Notes: generated from the sequence alone by a model not told the origin. A stretch of DNA of 64,000 nucleotides from an uncultured cyanobacterium (GCA_963744145.1 CAVUSO010000001.1:2656001-2720000); one strand, 5' to 3'. Positions 30,122-41,040 are shown, counted from the first letter of the stretch. Made by a program: numbers and translations.

Positions 30122-31981
30122 TTAGAAGGTGAAAGTAGTGCGGAGAGCTCCGATGGTAATAGTATCACTAGCAGGGGTATGACCTGGATTGAAAATAACT
30201 AACACCCCAGGAGTAATACTAATATTATCGGTCACGCGGAACCGATAAAAAGCCTCTACATGAGTAGTAGTTCCTGGTTCACCACCGGATTTTCCGGGTC
30301 CACCTGCGAGGAGATTAGGAATATTTTTTCCCAAGGGAAGATCACTATCAATAATCTTAGGAGGTTGACCGACATAAATTCCCCCTAAATTACCACGTCC
30401 AAACAAATCTGGGAAATTAGCAAACACCATCCAATTAGTAGTTTCTACACTCCCAGAGCTTTTGGGGATAGAAGAAGTAGTATAACCTCCCCAAGTACCC
30501 AGAGTAAACTTAGGTGAAACACGCCATTCTAAAGTACCACCAAAAGCATGAGTTTTAAGTGGGGTATTGACCGTGGTCAACTGGTCATCACCGAGTCCCG
30601 TACCCAAAACACCTGGGGGAGAATAGGAATGAATGTAATCTAAAGCCAGGTCAACCGTATCTGTAGGGGCGAAATTAAACTGGACACCCTCAGTAGTTTG
30701 CCCAGATGGACCACCAGATATCCCACCATTAGTAGGATCTTGCGGGGTACTAGCCGAGTATACAGCCTGCATACTGATCCGAGGGATAATTTGCCAGTCA
30801 AGACCGATCCCACCACGTCCATTACCAATATTCAAGATCGCGTTACGTTGAGCTAAAGCAGAAATGGGACCTTGACCAGCACTTTCCACCCGATTAGCAC
30901 CCCGGAAAACGTTAACTGGACTAACACCTGCTGGACCAACAATCAGCGCTAACTTATTACCGATGAGTTGACGATAGTTTAAATCGCTGATGACGAGTTG
31001 GTTTTGAGTATCTCCTTCATAAGCTAGTCTGCTATCATTACTCAACCGAGGAGCCGTGCTACCGCTACCCATTTGGATACCAGTAAGTAACAAACTACGA
31101 GGACTGAGCTGGGTAAATAAGCTCAACTGGACATTGCTGATCATGTTAGTATTAGTACCAGGATCTTTAGTGTCTTTGTGTCCATCTACCGGAAAAAAAT
31201 CAGCACGGTTGGGATTACGAGTTTGAATCCCAAAAATTGCTTGTCCAAATAGTTTCGTCGTTGGTGAAAACTGATGAGCTTTAAGTTCAGCATTCCGAGC
31301 TTCTAAACTGTCTACCCGTCCCCGTAAACTCGCAAGTTCAGCAGCAAATTCTTCTTGCAATCTTTGTAAAGATACTAGATCATCTTTTTTGAGCCGATTA
31401 GCACTAGATGATTGAATTAACTGGTTGACTTTATCCATACAAGCATTTAATCCTGCGGCAAATTCATACCGACTCATCGGTTTATTACCACGGAAAGAGC
31501 CATCTGGATAACCTGCTATACAACCATAGCGTTCCACTAAGGATTGGAGCGCTTGAAAAGCCCAGTCGGTCGGCTGCACATCTCGCAGTTGAGAGACAGA
31601 AGTGATTTGTTCCATCGAATCATCCTCTGTACCTGGGAGTGCTTGATCCGAATCGGTCGTTTCTGATGGTAAAGTCCCATCATCGGTAGAAATATTTTTT
31701 GCTGGTATCTTAGTTGTAGTTGATTGCGCTAAACTGTCTATACTAGCCTGTTTATTTTCACTGGATGCGAAAAAATATACAGGATTTGGATCTGCTGGTT
31801 TTAAGCTTGGTAATAAATCTGTTTTTTTTATGACATTCAGAGAGGATTTAATCAGGTAATCTGAAGGGACGATCGGCGGATTTTCAGCCCGAGCTGAGGC
31901 AAAATTGGCCATCAACCACCCAAATGTGGCCAAAAATAAAACGGAAGTAGCTGATTGATCTAAACTTAGTTGGGGTCTCAT
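30122..31981 (-). CDS. SLH-domain OprB-family outer-membrane porin (iron-uptake/carbohydrate porin type)
   Basis: QITSVSQLRDVQPTDWAFQALQSLVERYGCIAGYPD, RYEFAAGLNAC and terminal GALRTTFTF. Start uncertain; MRPQLS at 31981 preferred. Confidence 0.92.
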   Translation of the reverse strand: MRPQLSLDQSATSVLFLATFGWLMANFASARAENPPIVPSDYLIKSSLNVIKKTDLLPSLKPADPNPVYFFASSENKQASIDSLAQSTTTKIPAKNISTDDGTLPSETTDSDQALPGTEDDSMEQITSVSQLRDVQPTDWAFQALQSLVERYGCIAGYPDGSFRGNKPMSRYEFAAGLNACMDKVNQLIQSSSANRLKKDDLVSLQRLQEEFAAELASLRGRVDSLEARNAELKAHQFSPTTKLFGQAIFGIQTRNPNRADFFPVDGHKDTKDPGTNTNMISNVQLSLFTQLSPRSLLLTGIQMGSGSTAPRLSNDSRLAYEGDTQNQLVISDLNYRQLIGNKLALIVGPAGVSPVNVFRGANRVESAGQGPISALAQRNAILNIGNGRGGIGLDWQIIPRISMQAVYSASTPQDPTNGGISGGPSGQTTEGVQFNFAPTDTVDLALDYIHSYSPPGVLGTGLGDDQLTTVNTPLKTHAFGGTLEWRVSPKFTLGTWGGYTTSSIPKSSGSVETTNWMVFANFPDLFGRGNLGGIYVGQPPKIIDSDLPLGKNIPNLLAGGPGKSGGEPGTTTHVEAFYRFRVTDNISITPGVLVIFNPGHTPASDTITIGALRTTFTF

Positions 31982-32299
31982 ATTTCCAAAACTCCTACAA
32001 ACACCACTAATGCTCGAAATTTCATACAACCAATTTCGTGGATGTACCCCATATATGTTGCGAATAGCAATCAATTATAATGTGGATAAAGTTTGACTGA
32101 TTTTGTTCCCAGTTTCAGGTTACTTTCCCAATCATAAATCTGGATGTCAGAATTGTCTGTAGGTAATTATGTAAATAGATGTTCAGTTTTCATCCGTTTA
32201 ATTATAGGAGTAGGAAAAAAAGCAGTTTTTTTGGTAAAGAAATTCTGGTAACTAAAAATTAAGTTAGACTAATTTACAAGGGGAGGTTTAAGAAAAAGC

Positions 32300-32920
32300 A
32301 TGGAAACCGATGAAAGTCCCTACGCTAAACTTGGGTTAACGGAAAATGCTTCTTTTGAAGCTATTCAAGAAGCTCGTGTTCGCTTAATGCAAGAATATAG
32401 TGGCGATCGCAAACGTTTACAAGCGATCGAAACCGCTTACGATGCGATTCTGATGGATCGTCTCCGACTACGTCAGGAAGGAAAAATCAAAGTCCCGGAA
32501 CGGATTCGTTTTCCGGAACGGTTAACTCCGATGACTACCCAAGTCGCGACCACTACTCATCCGAAAACTTTGACTTGGTTCAAAAATTTCCTCGACCAAC
32601 CCAGTCAACCGGAGTTGTTATGGACTTCTGGTGTATTTATTACCCTCAGTACCATTAGCATTTTCTCACCCAATGGTGATGCTTCGCTCATCCCTTTAGC
32701 TTTAGCGATCGGTGGTGGTGCTACTCTTTATTTTCTGAATCAAAAAGAAAATAAGTTTGGTCGAGCTGTGGTCCTTACTCTGGTTGGGTTAATCACAGGT
32801 TTAACCTTGGGTGGACTATTGGGTAGTGTCTTAATGACTGCTATTCCTTGGACAATAGAGACAATTAGCGCTTTAGCCACTTTTATCATCCTCTGGATGG
32901 TAAGTAGCTTTCTGAAATAA
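32300..32920 (+). CDS. CPP1-like (J-like domain) membrane protein
   Basis: PYAKLGL.E.ASF..IQ.AR...AYDAILMDRLRLRQEGKIKVPERIRFPE followed by TM helices. Confidence 0.85.
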   Translation: METDESPYAKLGLTENASFEAIQEARVRLMQEYSGDRKRLQAIETAYDAILMDRLRLRQEGKIKVPERIRFPERLTPMTTQVATTTHPKTLTWFKNFLDQPSQPELLWTSGVFITLSTISIFSPNGDASLIPLALAIGGGATLYFLNQKENKFGRAVVLTLVGLITGLTLGGLLGSVLMTAIPWTIETISALATFIILWMVSSFLK

Positions 32921-33001
32921 ACACTAAAGAGTGAATTGTGATTGTCACTTTTCACTTTTTACTGTTTGATTAATGCTACCTGCACTTACTGATCAAAATT
33001 T

Positions 33002-34120
33002 GTGACAGAACGAATATACTGGTTAGCCTGGTCGCAAATCTCTGGTGTTGGTCCAGTTTTAATGGAGCGTCTAGAAAGGCATTTTAGCACATTAGCCGCA
33101 GCTTGGCAAGCAAAACCAGCTGATTTGTTACAAGTATCGGGATTGGGTCAGCAGACGGTGACTGCAATTATAGCCCAGCGATCGCAAATTAATCCAGAAC
33201 AATTTCTGGAGGAACATCAACAAAAAAATCCTGATTTTTGGACTCTAGCTGATCCAGATTATCCCCGTTTATTACGAGAAATTCCCAATCCACCCCCGGT
33301 ATTATATTATCGTGGGGAAGTCAATCTATTAGAAAATCAAGGTATAACTCCAGCGATCGCGATGGTTGGGACTCGTCAATCCTCCGAATATGGTCGGAAA
33401 TGGACAAGAAGAATTAGTATATTATTAGCGAAACATGGCTTTACGATTATTTCTGGGATGGCGATCGGGATTGATACAGAAGCTCATCGTAGTTGTGTAG
33501 ATGTGGGTGGAAGGACCTACGCAATTTTAGGGACGGGAGTAGATGTGGTTTATCCCCCTAGTAATAAAATTCTGTATGAACGGATTATCCACCAAGGATT
33601 AGTAGTGAGTGAATATCCTCAAGGGACTCAACCGAAACGGGAAAATTTTCCCCGTCGGAATCGGATTATTGCTGGTTTAAGTCGTGCTGTTTTAGTGATG
33701 GAAGCACCACAGAAATCTGGTGCTTTAATTACAGCTTATCAAGCTAATGAATTTGGTCGGGATATTTATGCACTGACGGGAAGATTAGATGATTACCAAT
33801 CCCTCGGTTGTTTACAGCTAATTAATAAGGGAGCCCAGATCATTCTGTCGGAGGAGGAGTTATTACAAATGTTAGGAGCAATCCCTCAACTTAATTTAGC
33901 ACCCAATACAGCGATCGCACCATCAGTTCCTCCACCCGCACCTAATTTAGACCCAAAATTAGCCCAAGTATTACAAGCGGTAACTACAGAAGGAATACAC
34001 TTAGATCTCATTGTCAATGCTACTGGGTTACCAGTTGGTTCTGTTACAGGTACTTTGTTAGAGCTAGAGTTATTAGATTTAGTTGTCCAATTACCAGGAA
34101 TGCGTTATCGACGTTGTTAA
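33002..34120 (+). CDS. dprA: DNA-processing protein DprA
   Basis: YPRLLREI.NPPPVLY, VGTR, ISGMAIGID..AH, FPRRNRIIAGLS and SGALITA motifs. Confidence 0.96.
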   Translation: MTERIYWLAWSQISGVGPVLMERLERHFSTLAAAWQAKPADLLQVSGLGQQTVTAIIAQRSQINPEQFLEEHQQKNPDFWTLADPDYPRLLREIPNPPPVLYYRGEVNLLENQGITPAIAMVGTRQSSEYGRKWTRRISILLAKHGFTIISGMAIGIDTEAHRSCVDVGGRTYAILGTGVDVVYPPSNKILYERIIHQGLVVSEYPQGTQPKRENFPRRNRIIAGLSRAVLVMEAPQKSGALITAYQANEFGRDIYALTGRLDDYQSLGCLQLINKGAQIILSEEELLQMLGAIPQLNLAPNTAIAPSVPPPAPNLDPKLAQVLQAVTTEGIHLDLIVNATGLPVGSVTGTLLELELLDLVVQLPGMRYRRC

Positions 34121-35433
34121 GTGACAAAAATTGTAAATGCAGGTAGGATAATTGTAACAGTTGTGCCCATTTGGAGTTCGCTCTCTATTTGGATTTGACC
34201 GTGGTGATTTTCTACGATCGCTTTCGCAATTGCTAATCCTAAACCTGATCCGGTGGGACTTTGCGATCGCTTATGGTTATAAGTTCGAGCGGGATCGATG
34301 CGATAAAATCGATCAAAAAGATAGGGTAAGCTATCAGTTGGAATTCCCCCACCAGAGTCAGTAATTTTTACTTGTAAATAAAACTTAGGCGATCGCCCAA
34401 TATACTGTAATTCTACATTAATTTTACCAGCTTCGGGGGTATATTGTACTCCATTGCTGACAATATTCGTAAATAAACGCGCTAATTGATCCCAATCTCC
34501 TTGGAGGGTAAAAGCTTCAGGATTGGATGTGGGTGGATCGACTAAATTTAAGCTGATCGTGATATTTTTTTCCTGAGCGATCGCTTGTTGTTCTTCAATA
34601 ATTTCAATGAGTAAAGCATCGAGGGGAACGGGGATAAAACGGAGGGGTACTATTCCACTATCTTGTCGAGCTAAAAATAATAAATCGTCAACTAAACGAC
34701 CTAAACGACGAGTCAAACGCTCGATTACTTGTAATTGTTGTTGAGCGAGAACTGGATCTGCTAGACTTGCTTGGACATTAGTTTGAATAGTAGCGATCGG
34801 ATTTCTTAATTCATGAGAAGCATCAGCAGTAAATTGTTTTAATCTTTGATAAGATGCTTGAATTGGTTCGATCGCTAATCCTGACAGTAACCAACCGATC
34901 GCTGCTACAGAAATAACTGTTAAAGTAATTCCAATAGTTAAATCCAAACTTAGTTGACGGATCGGTTTGGTAACTTCAAACCAGGGATGACTAACCCGTA
35001 AATATCCCAAAACCTGACGTTTGTTTTCAATTCTTTGGGTAATTTGTCTCAGGAGTTGGTGATGGTTCAGATGAACTGTTTCCCCAATTAAACGAGGATG
35101 AAGGGGAATAGTTAAAGGTTGAGATAGAGTAGACCAAAGTAATTCACCAGTCGGACTAAACCATTCTACATCAATATGATCATCTTCTACCTTGTCGGTA
35201 TTATTGTGAAAACTAGCTTCCACATTAACATGAAATAAATGAGGATCAGTAGTAGTTGGTTCAATGACTAGCGATCGCTCAATAATTTCAATGACATGAT
35301 TTAGAGTATCGTCTACTCGTTCAATTAAAGTATGACGAACATAAGTATAGACTCCGATCGCAAATACGAGGAGCAAGACTGCGGTAACAATAGTATACCA
35401 TAAAGCCAAACGTCGGCGAGTCGCAATAAACAT
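34117..35433 (-). CDS. Two-component sensor histidine kinase
   Basis: Two TMs; H-box FTADASHELRNP; N, G1, F and G2 boxes (GSGLGLAIAK). Confidence 0.93.
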   Translation of the reverse strand: MFIATRRRLALWYTIVTAVLLLVFAIGVYTYVRHTLIERVDDTLNHVIEIIERSLVIEPTTTDPHLFHVNVEASFHNNTDKVEDDHIDVEWFSPTGELLWSTLSQPLTIPLHPRLIGETVHLNHHQLLRQITQRIENKRQVLGYLRVSHPWFEVTKPIRQLSLDLTIGITLTVISVAAIGWLLSGLAIEPIQASYQRLKQFTADASHELRNPIATIQTNVQASLADPVLAQQQLQVIERLTRRLGRLVDDLLFLARQDSGIVPLRFIPVPLDALLIEIIEEQQAIAQEKNITISLNLVDPPTSNPEAFTLQGDWDQLARLFTNIVSNGVQYTPEAGKINVELQYIGRSPKFYLQVKITDSGGGIPTDSLPYLFDRFYRIDPARTYNHKRSQSPTGSGLGLAIAKAIVENHHGQIQIESELQMGTTVTIILPAFTIFVT

Positions 35434-35632
35434 GGGGAAAAATTATGTCTTCTATTGACAATACTACAGACCAAATGGTGTTGCACATATATGGTGCGAT
35501 TAGGCTATTTTCCTTTTTGTAGTTATATACTTATGTGTTACATTTTGTGTTTCAGAATGTAGGTGATAAATATTACTTGACTTTTGGGTGCCGTTAACTG
35601 ATACTATAGTCTTCAGTGATACTCAATGGTAT

Positions 35633-36316
35633 ATGTTCTACTACTACGGCAGAAAAAAGCAAATAGCAAAATACTACCCCTCTCCTAATTTTGATATCAT
35701 TATAGAACCGTTTGCTGGTTCAGCAGCTTACTCACTATATGGAAATCATTGGAAAAAAGAAGTTATTCTCATTGAGAGAGATGAGCAAGTAGCTGAAATT
35801 TGGCAGTGGTTGATCGATGAAGCCACCCCATCAAAAATTAGTAGCCTGCCTGATTTAGAAGTTGGTGAAAAGAGTTCTGAATTCCTTCATATTATTCATG
35901 CTGCTACAAAAATGGCTTTTCACTACAAGACCATTAAAGTAACTCCTGTTCTAGCGAGAAATTGGGAGATCAGCAAACGATACATGGCTGAAAATTTATT
36001 TAAGGTTAAGCATTGGAGAATTATTAGCGGAGATTACACATTAACTCCTAACATAGAAGCAACTTTGTTTATTGATCCACCATATAAAGAAGAAGCTGGT
36101 AAAGGTTACCGATATGGTAGTAACCTTATTGATTACAAAAAATTAGCGGAATGGGCAAAAAATCGGAAAGGAGAAATTATATTTTGCGAAGGAGATTGCG
36201 GTGATTATTTGCCATTCAAGCCGCTATTAAATCTAAAAGGTGTGGCAGGTAAAACCAGCAAAGAAGTTATTTATTACCAATCTAAAAAAGGAAACAAACA
36301 ACTTGAGCTTTTTTAG
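35633..36316 (+). CDS. Compact DNA amino-methyltransferase (Dam/D12-like, motif I before DPPY)
   Basis: YYGRKK, EPFAGSAA (motif I) and FIDPPY (motif IV). Likely start MFYYYG at 35633. Confidence 0.85.
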   Translation: MFYYYGRKKQIAKYYPSPNFDIIIEPFAGSAAYSLYGNHWKKEVILIERDEQVAEIWQWLIDEATPSKISSLPDLEVGEKSSEFLHIIHAATKMAFHYKTIKVTPVLARNWEISKRYMAENLFKVKHWRIISGDYTLTPNIEATLFIDPPYKEEAGKGYRYGSNLIDYKKLAEWAKNRKGEIIFCEGDCGDYLPFKPLLNLKGVAGKTSKEVIYYQSKKGNKQLELF

Positions 36317-36323
36317 CTTGCTA

Positions 36324-36990
36324 CTAAGTAGAAAATTTCATAAGCTTCTGATAAATCTTTTTGTATTGTTGGTTGTCAATTAGAGCTATCCAACCTTGTC
36401 CCATCTTGATTTTTCCACTAGCTGTCATCCCTGTCACTTTAGTATTTCTGCCTTCAGTTCCACTGATATTACCCCAGTCATCAGTAACAAGATTGTCGGC
36501 ATAAAATATAGCTGTAATTTTAGGATAGTTGAAATCATGTTCACTCTTAATAAAGTCCCATACTAATCCCAGAAGTTTTTTGACCTCTCGATGATGAGCT
36601 TGTCCAGGTAATTCCCTCTAAACAATCAATTCTGGGTTGTCCTGCCCGTAAATTTGCACCTTGTCTGGTGTTACCAATAGTACATTTAACTTCCAAACCC
36701 ATAGGATAGTTGCGTAACAACTCCTCCGAAGGATGATCTGCTAATTTAGGAATAACATCGGGATGTCCCTTCTCAATTGGATTAACCATAGCTCCCGTTA
36801 CATCAGCAATCGAATGGCAGAATATTGCGCCAATAATTGAACTTGTAGTTTTATAGTCAACATTTTTATAAACATTTGAGGGAATCGTTTTTAAAAAGAG
36901 ATTTGTTGTACTCAATACAGATTCAATATGCTGACTGTTCACCTCAAATCCACAATCAATATTAAAATTAGGGTTAATGGTATAATTCAT
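36324..36990 (-). CDS. Putative type II restriction endonuclease (PD-(D/E)XK); apparent +1 frameshift near 36603
   Basis: GHPDVIP...GLEVKCT catalytic-type motif. Removing one base after ITW gives QAHHREVKKLLGLVWDFI...KLMKFST* (stop at 36324). Lies between a C-protein gene and an MTase. Confidence 0.7.
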
Positions 36991-37213
36991 CTATGTTTTT
37001 TTCTACTTCAGCAATCAAGCTACTGGCTGTGGTGTTTAAAGATATTGATATTTTCAATAAAACGGACAAAGTAGGAGATTTCAAACCGCGCTCAATTTGG
37101 CTAACATAAGTGCGGTGAATCCCTGCGCGATCGGCAAGTTCTTCTTGAGATATTTTGGCGATGGTTCTATACTTAGCTAACACTCTACCTAGAGCTTGAT
37201 TAATGTTCGTCAT
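36974..37213 (-). CDS. Controller (C) protein, XRE HTH
   Basis: ISQEELADRAGIHRTYVSQIERG.KSPTL, containing the HRTY recognition helix of C proteins. Overlaps the endonuclease start. Confidence 0.85.
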   Translation of the reverse strand: MTNINQALGRVLAKYRTIAKISQEELADRAGIHRTYVSQIERGLKSPTLSVLLKISISLNTTASSLIAEVEKNIDELYH

Positions 37214-37237
37214 GTTTAAAAGTATCTCAATTAAAGA

Positions 37238-37262
37238 GACCATCAGTCTACAGACAATAGTA
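37238..37262 (-). promoter_or_regulatory. C-box operator
   Basis: Minus strand TACTattGTC-TGTA-GACTgatGGTC, 24 bp upstream of the C gene ATG. Resembles the GACT-N3-AGTC-TGTA-GACT-N3-AGTC PvuII-type box. Confidence 0.7.
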
Positions 37263-37483
37263 TTCAATTTAGAGCTAAATTTGTTTTGAAAAAGTCGGTT
37301 ATATCCAACTAGCGATGCCAAAAAGCCTTATATTTAAGGTTAAATATAAACAAAAAAAATTTACTTGGGATTCAACTATAAGTGTGTGAGCAACAGATGC
37401 GATCGTGATTATCTGTCTAAATAACAGCTCAAAAACAGCGATCGCATTCTGTTTAAAAATTCAAACCTGACAACCCGAAAAAA

Positions 37484-38782
37484 TTAGAGACTTGACAGGA
37501 CATCACGAGCAGCTTGCAAAGTGCGCTCAATATCTTCATCAGTATGAGCGAGGGAAGTAAAACCAGCTTCAAACTGAGAAGGAGCCAAATAAATCCCACG
37601 TTCTAACATCCCACGATGAAAACGACTAAATTTAGTCAAATCTGACTTTTTCGCATCTTCATAGTTATGTACTGGTCCATCGGTAAAAAATAACCCAAAC
37701 ATGGCACTAATTTGACCACCACAAACTGCATGACCAGTTTCACGAGCAATTTGTAATAATCCATCTGCTAGTTTTTTGGTAATCCGATTTAATTGCTCAT
37801 AGCTACCTGGTTTATGTAATAACTCCAGAGTCTTAATTCCTGCTGTCATTGCTAAGGGATTACCAGAGAGTGTCCCAGCTTGATACATCGGACCAGCAGG
37901 AGCGACCATGGACATAATATCACGACGTCCACCATAAGCTCCCACAGGTAAACCACCACCGATTACTTTACCCAAAGTAGTTAAATCGGGAGTAATCCCA
38001 AATTTTTCTTGAGCACCACCATAAGCAATTCGGAAACCAGTCATGACCTCATCAAATACCAGCAACGCTCCGTTATCCTGAGTAATTTCTCGTAAACCTT
38101 CTAAAAATCCAGCATCAGGGGGAATAAAACCAGCATTACCAACCACAGGTTCTAAAATGACACCAGCAATTTCATTGGGGTTTTGAGCAAATAAAGCTTT
38201 GACAGCTTCTAAATCGTTATAGGGAGCATTGAGGGTATCACTGGTGACAGATTTGGGTACACCTGGAGAATCGGGTAAACCCAAGGTCGCTACACCAGAC
38301 CCAGCTTTGACCAGGAACATATCTGCGTGTCCGTGATAGCAACCTTCAAATTTAATGATTTTTTCCCGTCCCGTAAAAGCGCGGGTCAAACGCAAAACCG
38401 CCATACAAGCTTCTGTCCCGGAATTGACAAATCGGACCATTTCGATGCTCGGGACAGCACCAATTACCATTTCCGCGAGAACATTTTCCAACAATGAAGG
38501 AGCCCCGAAACTCGTACCTTTTTCGAGAGCTTCATGTAAAGCTTTGATCACATCTGGATGGGTGTGACCACAAATAGCAGGTCCCCAGGTCCCTACATAG
38601 TCAATATATTGATTACCATCCACATCCCAGATATAAGCTCCTTTCACCCTGTCAAATACAATCGGTTGACCACCTACCGATTTAAACGCTCTGACCGGAG
38701 AATTAACACCTCCGGGCATTAATTTTTGGGCAGCAGCAAAAATTTCTTCAGATTTTGTGGTTTTTAAGGTATTGGAACTCAA
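37484..38782 (-). CDS. hemL: Glutamate-1-semialdehyde 2,1-aminomutase
   Basis: [43 protein letters not shown] and [10 protein letters not shown] motifs. Confidence 0.97.
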   Translation of the reverse strand: MSSNTLKTTKSEEIFAAAQKLMPGGVNSPVRAFKSVGGQPIVFDRVKGAYIWDVDGNQYIDYVGTWGPAICGHTHPDVIKALHEALEKGTSFGAPSLLENVLAEMVIGAVPSIEMVRFVNSGTEACMAVLRLTRAFTGREKIIKFEGCYHGHADMFLVKAGSGVATLGLPDSPGVPKSVTSDTLNAPYNDLEAVKALFAQNPNEIAGVILEPVVGNAGFIPPDAGFLEGLREITQDNGALLVFDEVMTGFRIAYGGAQEKFGITPDLTTLGKVIGGGLPVGAYGGRRDIMSMVAPAGPMYQAGTLSGNPLAMTAGIKTLELLHKPGSYEQLNRITKKLADGLLQIARETGHAVCGGQISAMFGLFFTDGPVHNYEDAKKSDLTKFSRFHRGMLERGIYLAPSQFEAGFTSLAHTDEDIERTLQAARDVLSSL

Positions 38783-38851
38783 AGTATTCTCCCAAATATG
38801 TCAGCAAGTAAATTATCATGGTTATTTGTCCAATAATACCTAACTGAATGT

Positions 38852-39502
38852 ATGGTTGCTTCTGTAGTTCATCCCCTGTCCTTATCTGTCCCAGTTGAAC
38901 AAATTCGTTATAATGAGCAGGGACTCGTGCCAGCGATCGCCCAAGATTATCTTGATGGGACGGTATTAATGATGGCTTGGATGAATCGGGAAGCACTGGA
39001 AAAAACTCTCCAAACTCAAGAAACTTGGTATTGGAGTCGCTCCCGTCAGCGATTATGGCGCAAAGGAGAAACTTCTGGTCATATTCAAAAGGTGCGATCG
39101 ATCCGTTATGACTGTGACAGTGATGCTTTATTAATCACAATTGAGCAAGTAGGTGATATTGCTTGTCACACTGGGGAACGCAGTTGTTTTCATCAAGTGG
39201 AAGGTCAAATTGTACCTCCCCCAGCTGATATGCTGTCTCAGCTATTTGAGATCATTTGCGATCGCCGTGATCATCCCCAGGAATCTTCCTATACTTGTAA
39301 ATTATTGGCTGGTGGTGATAATAAAATTCTCAAAAAAATTGGGGAAGAATCAGCCGAAGTAGTCATGGCTTGTAAAGATCATGAGCCAGATGCGATCGCT
39401 GGCGAAGTCGCAGATTTATTTTATCATACTTTAGTGGCGTTAGCTTATCATCAAGTAGATTTGCGAGCTGTTTACCGTAAATTAGCAGAACGTCGTCGCT
39501 AA
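38852..39502 (+). CDS. hisIE: Bifunctional phosphoribosyl-AMP cyclohydrolase / phosphoribosyl-ATP pyrophosphatase
   Basis: WSRSR...[27 protein letters not shown] and EVADLFYH motifs. Confidence 0.96.
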   Translation: MVASVVHPLSLSVPVEQIRYNEQGLVPAIAQDYLDGTVLMMAWMNREALEKTLQTQETWYWSRSRQRLWRKGETSGHIQKVRSIRYDCDSDALLITIEQVGDIACHTGERSCFHQVEGQIVPPPADMLSQLFEIICDRRDHPQESSYTCKLLAGGDNKILKKIGEESAEVVMACKDHEPDAIAGEVADLFYHTLVALAYHQVDLRAVYRKLAERRR

Positions 39503-39551
39503 GAGCAATTGATGATTTAGTTGCCAAAAATAACTATTTTAATAGCTATTA

Positions 39552-40094
39552 CTAATTTACTTTGCTACTAATTGCAGTAGCGGTAAAATAGCGAACAGCT
39601 TTAATCTGAAGCAATGCAGAAAGACTAAACCAATATCTGATTCCGGCTGGGATATTAATATAGTCCTCAGCTTGGAGCAACAATTCCATCACCGACCCAT
39701 CTGGATGAGAAAAACCAAAGATACACTCTCCAGCTAACATATAAAGCGCTTCATCATTAGTATGAAATTGTGGGCGACTTCCTTGAGCTAGTAAATGATA
39801 AAGGTGAGATGACGAGGGGTTAACCACCATCAGTTCGCAGCAAGTGGAACTATTGGTATGTTTGGGAGTAGCGAACTTAGGACTAAGAGCTTGCAAAATT
39901 TGTTGCTTCTGAGCCAGATCAAGAATTTCGTAACTCAGCAGATTCTGTAACGACCGACTAATCTGTGGATTGACCAGATATTGTTGCAAGGGCAACTTTT
40001 CAATCCGAATATTTAATCTACTGAGCTGACGGTTGATTTCCCCCAGGTCAGTATAGGTATTTCCATCTTCGAGCCGCAAAACAGCCATATTCAA
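39552..40094 (-). CDS. Acireductone dioxygenase-like cupin with degenerate metal site
   Basis: ARD-like layout (MAVLRLEDG...GECIFGF...EDYINIPAG..WF...IKAVRYF). HxH reads QFH and the distal His reads Y. Confidence 0.7.
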   Translation of the reverse strand: MNMAVLRLEDGNTYTDLGEINRQLSRLNIRIEKLPLQQYLVNPQISRSLQNLLSYEILDLAQKQQILQALSPKFATPKHTNSSTCCELMVVNPSSSHLYHLLAQGSRPQFHTNDEALYMLAGECIFGFSHPDGSVMELLLQAEDYINIPAGIRYWFSLSALLQIKAVRYFTATAISSKVN

Positions 40095-40251
40095 CCATCC
40101 TCATCAATAGCTAGAACTCATCAGCATGGGACATTGGGTAATCTACGGCAACTTGATGGAGAGACCGTAGATTCTTTTTGTGATCTTAGCACAGATCTGC
40201 TAATGTCAATGGATATAAATACCAATAGTCAATCGGAAAACCGTATTAATT

Positions 40252-40752
40252 TTGCCTAAAAACCTGATTTCCCTCAAACCATTCAAGGTGTATAACTTGC
40301 TGCCAGAATTATCTTCTCGGCTCGAATATGCCATTTTAGCTCTGCTAGAACTATCCGATCGTCAGCCCAATCCTTACCCCCTCAAAGCTTGGGAGATTGC
40401 AGCAGCCCAATCTATACCCTGTCGTTACCTTGATCAAATACTGATTGCGTTGCGACGTAGTGGATTAGTCCAGGGTCAAAGAGGGGTGAAAGGGGGTTAT
40501 TTGTTAGCAAAAAACCCTCAGCAGATTACCCTATTAGAGATTATGGAAGCAGTGGAGGGGAAGTCAAATGAGGATGAATCCGATGAGGGGGAGTCCAATC
40601 ACCCTCAGTTAGAAGTAGATCGGACTCCCACCGTAGAAAGAAAAGTTATTATTGCTGCTTGGAAACAAGCATCCCAAGCATTCCAGATGGCTTTAAGCAA
40701 TTATACCTTGGAGGATTTGCGGATACAGCGAAATACTGATCAACCAACTTAG
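40252..40752 (+). CDS. Rrf2 family transcriptional regulator (CymR-like; no IscR Cys triad)
   Basis: EYAILALLEL, EIAAAQSIP.RYLDQIL..LRRSGLV...RGVKGGYLLA and ITLLEIMEAVEG motifs. Confidence 0.9.
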   Translation: MPKNLISLKPFKVYNLLPELSSRLEYAILALLELSDRQPNPYPLKAWEIAAAQSIPCRYLDQILIALRRSGLVQGQRGVKGGYLLAKNPQQITLLEIMEAVEGKSNEDESDEGESNHPQLEVDRTPTVERKVIIAAWKQASQAFQMALSNYTLEDLRIQRNTDQPT

Positions 40753-40754
40753 TT

Positions 40755-40993
40755 TCATGACAATTTCTGTCCACATTGCTGATTAGCTGGTAGTGCTTCG
40801 GCAATTTTTTTTGGTAAGAACAACTTATAAATTTAAACCTAACTCTTGCAACAATTGCCGATCCCGCTCCACCTCTTTCACTACGGGGTCTACCAAAATC
40901 GCATCTCTGGTTTGTCGATCGGCTAACAGGTAGGTGGATGTACAGGTTTCTCGATCAAACGACTTGCTCCTTGTTAGAGTCGGATATTTCCAT
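40755..40993 (-). pseudogene. Internally deleted remnant of an ETHE1-like persulfide dioxygenase (MBL fold)
   Basis: The minus strand encodes FDRETCTSTYLLADRQTRDAILVDPVVKEVERDRQLLQELGLNL*, then LPKKIAEALPANQQCGQKLS*. These match the N- and C-termini of the family; the HxHxDH core is missing. Confidence 0.78.
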
Positions 40994-41040
40994 TCCTATT
41001 ATTTAGATATAAGCAGACAATTAATCAAAAATTTCCCTGT

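Noticed and set aside
34117..35433. Assigning a specific name (e.g. manS) to the histidine kinase
   Set aside because: The resemblance is from memory only, and no cognate regulator is adjacent; a homology search is needed.
36974..37321. 115-aa version of the C protein from the ORF track
   Set aside because: The extension runs through the C-box; ATG 37213 gives a typical 79-aa controller protein.
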